Source: Candidatus Nanohaloarchaea archaeon (GTDB lineage Archaea > Nanohalarchaeota > Nanosalinia > Nanosalinales > Nanosalinaceae). Taken from it: a stretch of DNA of 15,677 nucleotides. Below the pieces are notes generated by a model that was not told the origin of the DNA, did no database searches, and saw only the letters and a list, made by a program, of their open reading frames with translations. Positions 8,398 through 15,400 of the stretch are shown here, one piece after another. Every line of letters starts with the position of its first letter. Within the stretch, counting starts at the first letter, position 1. The stretch is taken from contig JBEQAY010000025.1 in NCBI GenBank assembly GCA_041640075.1, positions 1 to 15,677 on the forward strand, in the 5' to 3' direction. The position numbers were made by a program, and so were the translations under genes.

Positions 8398-8856
8398 ATG
8401 GAGATAATTGAGGAGCTAGGTCGGCGCCGCCAGGATATAAGGCTCAAGAGCGTGGACAGGGCGTACGCCGAGATAAGGGATCTTCTGACCTCAAGAATCT
8501 CCCAGGACGAGGTCCACGAGGAAAAGTACTTCAACGACGTTGATACAGGGAAGATACGATCCAAAGTGATCCTCGAGGAACAGATGGACAAGTTCACTTT
8601 CGAGGTCCATGAAGTCTACATCGATATCAACAAGCAGGAGCGAAAGGCAAATATACAGATAAAATCAAAACTGAAAACCGAGTACCCTACGGAGAAAAAA
8701 TACCAGCAGAGCCTCTGGTACTACGCTTACAGGTCTCTATTCGACAAGTTCCTGTACGGAGAGGTCCGTGGAGGCTACGAGGAAGACGTCGAGGAGAAGC
8801 GGGACATGATAATGCAGAAGCTGAGGGAGAACCTTGAGGAGGATTACAGTGGTTAG
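8398..8856 (+). CDS. Hypothetical protein, paralog 1 of a tandem triplet
   Basis: 152-aa ORF with host-like codon usage; aligns by eye with the next two ORFs. Confidence 0.85.
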   Translation: MEIIEELGRRRQDIRLKSVDRAYAEIRDLLTSRISQDEVHEEKYFNDVDTGKIRSKVILEEQMDKFTFEVHEVYIDINKQERKANIQIKSKLKTEYPTEKKYQQSLWYYAYRSLFDKFLYGEVRGGYEEDVEEKRDMIMQKLRENLEEDYSG

Positions 8857-9469
8857 GTTTACCGAGAACCTTACAGAGCGTAACGACCACTTCTTCGTCA
8901 AGGAGGATCCGGCCAGGATCTACAGAGGTATCCGTGACATCCTGGTAGATGAGTTCGATGTCGACAGGATTGAGAGAGGGAAGAACGAGTTCAACGTCTC
9001 CAAACCGAAAGACAAGGTCAAGGTCCACGCCTTCAAGGAGAAATCCACGCATACAATGATTCACTGGAGGCTTTCCTGGAAAGGCAAGGATCCAAGAGAT
9101 ATATACAAGATGGATAGACCTGATGACATTCTGAAGGCCCGTGTCAGGACTACAGGAGAAGTTGTAACAGTTTATCCTGGCGCAAACCCGCTCTCAGTTA
9201 TGCCGAAGACCAAAACACAGTATCCTCAGACCCGTATAGACGAGTCAGGGCTGCAGGCCGAGGAAAGATCTCCGTTTCAGAGATCCAAGTTCTACGAGAT
9301 ACTTGTGGGAATATGGTACAATAAGTTTTACTCCCGTGAAATTGAGCGCTACGAGGAGGAAGGAGAGGAGATAATGATACAGCTTCATAATATGATGCGT
9401 GACAAGTTCGGAGTGGAATCCAGGATTTCAGATGCAGGATCCTCGGAGTACACTCCGCCATGGAGGTGA
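8849..9469 (+). CDS. Hypothetical protein, paralog 2 of a tandem triplet
   Basis: GTG at 8849 follows GGAGGA and overlaps the previous gene's end. Shares 'Y..IRD.L', 'KT.YP' and 'Q.S..Y...Y...YEE..EE' motifs with paralog 1. Confidence 0.85.
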   Translation: MVRFTENLTERNDHFFVKEDPARIYRGIRDILVDEFDVDRIERGKNEFNVSKPKDKVKVHAFKEKSTHTMIHWRLSWKGKDPRDIYKMDRPDDILKARVRTTGEVVTVYPGANPLSVMPKTKTQYPQTRIDESGLQAEERSPFQRSKFYEILVGIWYNKFYSREIERYEEEGEEIMIQLHNMMRDKFGVESRISDAGSSEYTPPWR

Positions 9470-9475
9470 AAAACT

Positions 9476-10201
9476 ATTTCAGATGCTGACACTAGTTTCC
9501 TGAAGGATGTGTTATCTCTGAAGAAAGAGGACGGGGAACCTACATTCCTTGGCAAGATTGCGTGTTACTTCCATACTCCTGAGACCTATCGTTCAGACTG
9601 GGAGGAAGAGGCTTTTCACGAAGCCGATGACGTGTGGCATCACGAGGAGATCTTCAACGGTGACTGGCATCTTATAGAGTCGACAATTGAATGGTATGAG
9701 AGTCCTAACGTTGCGACAATCTACACCGACCACAAGTACATCTTCAACCAGAACATGGGTATGGGAAAGCCTGACGAGAGATACTACGAGCAGAACGTGG
9801 ACTCCGACGAGTTCAAGTCCAACATGATAATAACAGAGAGTTTACCAAGTGATAGAGGTGAAATGAAGATTGATACCACTGTTAAGACTAAGTCTCCGCC
9901 TTCTGGAGAAAATAACTTTGCGATGATGGATTACAGCGTCAAGCTGTTCATCAAGTATGACAGGGTTGACGGTATCAAGTGGCTGCCTCGTGTAATAGCG
10001 AATCCTTTGAACAGCTTGTTCAGGTATTACTTCGTGCGTTACATCGGCGAGGAGATGCTGGAGTACGACGTCGAGTACAGCCGTGAACGGGCGATTGAGT
10101 ACTTCCAGTACCTGCGCAAGTACCATGGAGAGGAGCCTGTACAGTCCAAGACACGTCAGGAACACTTCGAGACTCCCTGGGAGGGAACCTTCTTCGAGTA
10201 G
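9476..10201 (+). CDS. Hypothetical protein, paralog 3 of a tandem triplet (start ATT 9476 or GTG 9509)
   Basis: Long ORF. DERYYEQNVDSDEFKSNMIITE aligns with paralog 1 HEEKYFNDVDTGKIRSKVILEE. SD GGAGGTGA (9462-9469) lies 6 nt before the in-frame ATT. Confidence 0.82.
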   Translation: MSDADTSFLKDVLSLKKEDGEPTFLGKIACYFHTPETYRSDWEEEAFHEADDVWHHEEIFNGDWHLIESTIEWYESPNVATIYTDHKYIFNQNMGMGKPDERYYEQNVDSDEFKSNMIITESLPSDRGEMKIDTTVKTKSPPSGENNFAMMDYSVKLFIKYDRVDGIKWLPRVIANPLNSLFRYYFVRYIGEEMLEYDVEYSRERAIEYFQYLRKYHGEEPVQSKTRQEHFETPWEGTFFE

Positions 10202-10242
10202 CTCCGTCACAGTTAAAACAGTTTCAAGTCCTTCTGCAGGTG

Positions 10243-10326
10243 TGGCTGTCCCAGGTCAGCAGGCATGAGCGAGGCCCTTAACAGGTAGCCGACATGATTG
10301 CTCTGTGTTACAGGGCAGCCAAATTT
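10243..10326 (+). ncRNA. Putative single-hairpin box H/ACA guide sRNA with K-turn (candidate target 23S rRNA helix 69)
   Basis: Lower stem GGCTGTCC(10244-51)/GGGCAGCC(10313-20) followed by an ANA box (AAA) and TTT. Internal pocket, upper stem, and canonical K-turn CATG-AGC-GA-GGC...GCC-GA-CATG. G-U pairs select the + strand. TTAAAA at 10213-10218 is at TATA distance. Confidence 0.72.
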
Positions 10327-10352
10327 CATGCTTTTCCAGAGGTGGAGACAGA

Positions 10353-10607
10353 ATTGCAGAGATCTACTTCAAAGTCAAACCTGATTCAGAGAAGTTCGAA
10401 GTCAGCACCGGCCAGATGCCTGAAGTAAAGCTAACAAGAAAAGCTGAGAAAGGAAAAGCGAACACAGAACTCCTGAAAAAGCTGGAGAAGATAACTGGAG
10501 AAAAACCAGGTATAATCTCAGGTCACAGCTCACGGCGTAAAAAACTGGTATTCGACCAGACAGAAGAAAAAATCAGGGAAAAACTCGAACAAAGCAACGA
10601 GGCATAA
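10353..10607 (+). CDS. DUF167 (UPF0235/YggU-like) protein
   Basis: IYFKVKPDS...VKLTRKAEKGKANTELLKKL...IISGHSSRRKKL is the DUF167 signature. Start placed at ATT 10353 behind GAGGTGG; the GTG at 10305 lies inside the sRNA. Confidence 0.88.
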   Translation: MAEIYFKVKPDSEKFEVSTGQMPEVKLTRKAEKGKANTELLKKLEKITGEKPGIISGHSSRRKKLVFDQTEEKIREKLEQSNEA

Positions 10608-10612
10608 AAACT

Positions 10613-11740
10613 ATGGGAAAAGTATCACAGAACTCGGCAAACTACCTTATCAAAGCAAAACTGAACTCAAACGGAATAATAGAAAAATCAGACGTAGTCG
10701 GAGCGATATTTGGACAGACAGAAGGCCTCTTGGGAGAAGATCTTGACCTAAGAGAACTCAGGAACCATGGAAAGGTCGGAAGATTTGAAGTAGAACTTGA
10801 CAACTCCGGAGGATCAACAGAAGGAGAGATAGAGATCTCAACATCCCTTGACGCAGCTGATACCGCAATACTCGCAGCTTCTCTGGAAACCATAGAGAAA
10901 GTGGGGCCTACCCAGTCCGACATCAGGATACAGGATATCCTGGACGTAAGGACCTCAAAGAGAGATTACATCCTGAAGAGATCCAAACAGCTTCTCAAAG
11001 ACATTAAAACAGATAACCCGGATATGAACGAGCTTAAACAGGAGATTAAAGAAGAGACGCGTGAGACGGAGATAATAGATTACAAAGGCTTCCCTGCAGG
11101 TCCTGGAGCAAGATACTCGGACGAGATAATCCTGGTTGAGGGTGTTGCTGATGTCAAGAACCTGACAAGAAACGGTGTAAAGAACTCTCTGGCCCTCGGA
11201 GGAACTTCTGTTCCGGACAGGATACCCGAAGTAGTCGATGATCGGGAGGTAACAGCTTTCCTCGACGGTGACAGAGGTGGAGACCTGATACTTGAAGAAC
11301 TTGAATCCGGTCTCGAGGTAGAATCTGTAGCAAGAGCTCCTGAAGAACTTGAAGTGGAAGAACTAACTGAAAAGCAGATTTTCGAGGCATTGAGAGACAA
11401 AGAATCCTCTAAATACGTGGAAACAGAGGAAGTAGATAAAGAGATTCTGGATGAAGATTTCAGAGAGAAGATTGAAGAGATGATGAGCGATCTGGTGGCT
11501 ACTAGGGCACTGAATGTGCTTGACCAAGATTTAACTGTTTTAAGCCGCTATCCTGTAGATAAGGCCTCTGAGGTAGAGGTCGATGATGCCTACGCAGTCA
11601 TAGCTGATTCAGAGATAGATGAAGAAATGGTTTCATTGGGTGAGAAGCTTGGAGTGGATTTTGTAGTCGGGAGATCCCTTGATGACACTGTTAACTCCAG
11701 TGAAGTTGATTTACTGGATGAAGAAGACCTTAAAGCTTGA
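10613..11740 (+). CDS. dnaG: Archaeal DnaG-type TOPRIM protein
   Basis: N-terminal DVVGAIFGQTEGLLGEDLDLREL and LAASLETIEKVGP motifs; TOPRIM motifs IILVEG and FLDGDRGG. Confidence 0.93.
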   Translation: MGKVSQNSANYLIKAKLNSNGIIEKSDVVGAIFGQTEGLLGEDLDLRELRNHGKVGRFEVELDNSGGSTEGEIEISTSLDAADTAILAASLETIEKVGPTQSDIRIQDILDVRTSKRDYILKRSKQLLKDIKTDNPDMNELKQEIKEETRETEIIDYKGFPAGPGARYSDEIILVEGVADVKNLTRNGVKNSLALGGTSVPDRIPEVVDDREVTAFLDGDRGGDLILEELESGLEVESVARAPEELEVEELTEKQIFEALRDKESSKYVETEEVDKEILDEDFREKIEEMMSDLVATRALNVLDQDLTVLSRYPVDKASEVEVDDAYAVIADSEIDEEMVSLGEKLGVDFVVGRSLDDTVNSSEVDLLDEEDLKA

Positions 11741-11765
11741 TTCAATTTTGTATTAGCCAGAGATA

Positions 11766-11906
11766 AGCCCCGACCGGGATTTGAACCCGGGATCTGTCCC
11801 TTGCTCTGTGTAGTTAGAGGCCTTCTGCAAGTCATGCTTCCCTGAAGGAAGATGCACTAACCACGCCTACGAGGGGACCGCTCTAGCCAGGCTGAGCCAT
11901 CGAGGC
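11766..11906 (-). tRNA. tRNA-Thr(CGT) with 66-nt intron at position 37/38; CCA not encoded
   Basis: Reverse complement folds as acceptor GCCTCGA/TCGGGGC + T73, D arm GCTC/GAGC, anticodon stem GTCCC/GGGAC with loop CT-CGT-A^A, T arm CCGGG-TTCAAAT-CCCGG. Exons are 11868-11906 and 11766-11801. Confidence 0.93.
11802..11867 (-). other. tRNA intron with relaxed bulge-helix-bulge
   Basis: Central helix CUCG/AGAG has one G.A mismatch; intron stem GTGGTTAG/CTAACTAC; internal hairpin CTTCC/GGAAG. Confidence 0.85.
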
Positions 11907-12032
11907 TTTTTCTGCGTGAAATTATTTTGGTAGGGAATTTTCTTTAATTGATTCCTGTGCAGAATTTTTCTCTCCTGGATGTACAGTTTATTTAAGGCGG
12001 TGGTCACAAGGTAACTTAAGGTGGATTAATTT

Positions 12033-12230
12033 ATGGAAGACGAAATAGGTGAACTTGCCGGAGAAATCTGGGATTTTCTTGAAGAATCCGGAGAATCATC
12101 TCTAACACAGGTCAACGATGCCGTTGAAGCGCCACGTTCACGTGTGAACATGGCTATAGGATGGCTTGCACGTGAAGACAAACTGGAATTTGATGATGAA
12201 GGTAGAGGAGTTTCAGTAGGTCTCAGGTAG
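12033..12230 (+). CDS. Small winged helix-turn-helix protein, DUF2582-like
   Basis: IGELAGEIWDFL...MAIGWLAREDKL is the DUF2582 signature; AGGTGG SD and TTTATTTAA TATA upstream. Confidence 0.88.
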   Translation: MEDEIGELAGEIWDFLEESGESSLTQVNDAVEAPRSRVNMAIGWLAREDKLEFDDEGRGVSVGLR

Positions 12231-12408
12231 TTCTGTTTTGATTCCGGGCTGTCGGTACGTACGTTTTCTGAAGTTGTTTCTACGTGTCTGTAGCGCTCTA
12301 AAGCCCTGGTAATTCAAAAACCTATATATCCGATGGGATGTAATCCACTGTTAGGTGGAGGGGAACTAGGAGGTTTCAACATTTCAAGTTCCAAGGAGCG
12401 CAAAAATA

Positions 12409-15400
12409 ATGAGAGAAAAAGGTAGGGAATCCCGTCTAGTCTACTCCTTTCTGGTATTTTTAGCCGTGGCTATAATCACATTTGGATCAACAGCCTCTGC
12501 AACAGAGATTAAATGGTCTCAGGATCGTGTTGATGGCACCTATATAGCTCCTGGAGGTCAAGGAGAGCTAGTTAATTTTACAATAAAAGATGGAGGTGAT
12601 ATATTACTTAGGAATACTACAAATCCTGGTAAAACAGTTTCTTCCTTTAAATCTAACAGGACTGTTTTCCTAAACCAGAGTTTTGAGACTGAAAGTGGAT
12701 TAAATGGCTATGATTCTGGTGATGACATAGTTAGAATTGAACTATTGTCTTCTGGGGGTCTAAATGAGACTTTTGATGGTTATAAAGTTCTGAATTTTTC
12801 TTCTGAAACTTTGTTTTCGGACGGAGGTGTCAACAGTAATGCTGTATTTGACGGGGATATGGGTACAGGTGAAAAAAGCGAGATTGTTCTTAGAGATAAT
12901 GGTACCACGAATGGAGAGCTTGATTCAAGTGATTTTGTTGTCTCTGGGGGCCATATGAACCTATCCAATTTCAGCGAGAAAGTAACATTTACTGATGCGT
13001 CGGGAGATTCTCTATACAATGGCTCAGAGGCTATTATAGAGCATTCATCAAAATCCGATCGTTTTACCCTTGATGGTTCAGATAATATCCTCAAGTCAGG
13101 AGATGCAGGAATAAAATCGTTTGATAATGATGGAGATCTAAGATACTTTGGTAATGATAGTTCAGAGTTCTTCTCCAATATGGCTATTATAGATTCAGGC
13201 GACAATTACCTTGAAGACACTTCAAATATTGTGAGGAATGGTTCTGTAGAGATGGTTGATGCTTCCACACATCTGCTATCATATTTCAATTCATCAGGAT
13301 CGTCCTCCCCGATTTTCGACAATGAAGGTGAGCCTATCTATAGAGAGGAATTACCACAGGACAATTTTGTCAATCTGTCGGAAACAAGGTTGGGCGAGGT
13401 TGAGGTTATCTCTGATACTGATTCAGATCCAAATAATGTTGAATTAAATCTCACTGTTCCAATGAAGATAAATTCCAGCTGGGACAATGTGAGCTCCAAT
13501 GATTTAGGAAAGGAGCTTTACCCAGTCTGGAGTAATTTAACCGGGTACGGTTCCGACGGCAGCTTCAGAGTATACGAATTTTCGGATAACGGTGTCTCTG
13601 GAGACGGTGTCTGGAATCCTGATGAGGGTACTGCAGGAGATCAAGATATTCTTGTGTACGACAAAGAAGGAGGACCGCAAATAACATCGGGTGATGTCTT
13701 ACTATACAATGAAGATCCTAGCAATAACAATATTTCTATTGAGGTAGGTGAAGAATTTGGAGAAGATCCTCCTTCAGACTTCAGTGGAGACTATACTGTG
13801 AATACAGAAGTCGGATTTGATGACAACAACAGTGATGGGCACTATGATCCCGGGAATGAGTCAGTACTGATTAACGTGTCATATGGTTCCGACTATAATG
13901 TGGTACAGATTTCTAACAAGTCCGAGCTTCCAGCTCTGGATTCTTCAGCCAACTTTACTGAAAAAGGAGAGTTCAAGTTCTGGAATTCAAGTAAAACAGG
14001 TAGTGGTACGGGGGAGCCTGTAACTGATGGACTATATGTGGACATGAATGATACAGGAAACGTAAGTCATGGGGATTTGAGGTTAGGAAGATGGAAGTTT
14101 ACCGAACCAGCTGGAAATGTATCGAAAAATGATCTAGATCTCGGAACAAAATTAACTGACTTTTCTGAAGCATCAGATGTCAAGTTCATCGACGATAACG
14201 GAGATGGAGATTATACAGCATTTTCAGGGTCAGAAGCAGGGAATAAAAGCGTAAGAGAAGCTATGGTAGTCAGTGACAACTCTTTCATTAACTCCTCCGA
14301 TGATCTTGTTCGTGCAGGTCGTGCAGGTCTTCAAAAGTTCTCTAATAGCAATATAGAGTACTTTAATTTAGGTAGTGGTGAATATCAGGAGGAGTCGGCC
14401 ATAATAAAGAATAAGGATGAATCAGGAATTCTTGAGAGGGAAGACAAGGTTTTAGTACCTGGTAATGCGTCTCTTGATAATTTCAGTAAATCAACAAAGT
14501 TTGTGGAGACTGGAAATGAGAGAGGTTTTGAACAAGACAGCAATGAATCGATCATTTTCGATGGAGATCAAGACGGTTTTATTGAAAGAGGAAATCTTTC
14601 CTCCGGTGAACATAAGGTTTTGAGAGACGGAGAGGCCAATTTAATGAACTTTAGTCAGCCTCCAGAGGTCGAGGAAAGATCCGGGCTTGTATATATCGAC
14701 AGAAACAGCACGGGCCAGTACAATGCAGGCGAAGATATATTTAATCTTACCTTGGTTACACACGGCGGTTCAGGATCAAGTATCTCTAATACGACAGTTT
14801 ACAATTTTGCAAATACTACCAGACACAATGGAACAGGCCTATACCAAGATGGAGATGTTGTAGTAAATGACACTGATGATAACCAAGTTTACAAAGATGT
14901 TCTAGAAGATCTAACTCTAGAAAATATTTTTACCAGCTCCTCATCCTACGAAGAACCGCTCAGCGATGAAGAAGTAACTGATGGATTGAAACTCTTCGCC
15001 AAAGGTGAAGAAATCGCAACGCTTACATCTTCAGGCTCCAAATACAGCTGGAGTAGCGCAGGAATTGAGTATCCAATATCAGGAGACACGATCTTCAATG
15101 TGAACTTTTCCGCAAAATCTAAAGACCAACTAGGTTCTCGAGCTTATGGACTGAAATTTGAGACCAATTCTGTGGATACTAAGGGGGAATCTCTGACTCG
15201 GTTAGATTGTGTTGGACAATGTCCGCAGAGGTTTGTAGATGCTCATCCTCCAGAATTTGGTTCTGCGTACACAGGTACTGATGGAGGGGGTAATAACTCT
15301 AACAGAGATGAGATTTTTATCGAAATAATTGAACAGGGTGCTGGCCTAAATCCGGGTTCTTTCAACTCTGAAGATTTTGAGATCAATAGCTCAAAGTTCG

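Noticed and set aside
10268..10292. SRP RNA helix-8-like motif (CGAGG-CC...GG-TAGC)
   Set aside because: No GNRA tetraloop and no exact CAGG/AGCA loop; the K-turn plus H/ACA fold explains the same bases better.
10265..10314. Box C/D sRNA reading (ATGAGCGA...CCGA-C-ATGATTG...CAGG)
   Set aside because: No acceptable terminal box D (CTGA), and the C'-like sequence is part of a stem.
10305..10352. N-terminal extension of DUF167 from GTG 10305
   Set aside because: Overlaps the structured RNA, lacks an SD and does not resemble the family N-terminus.
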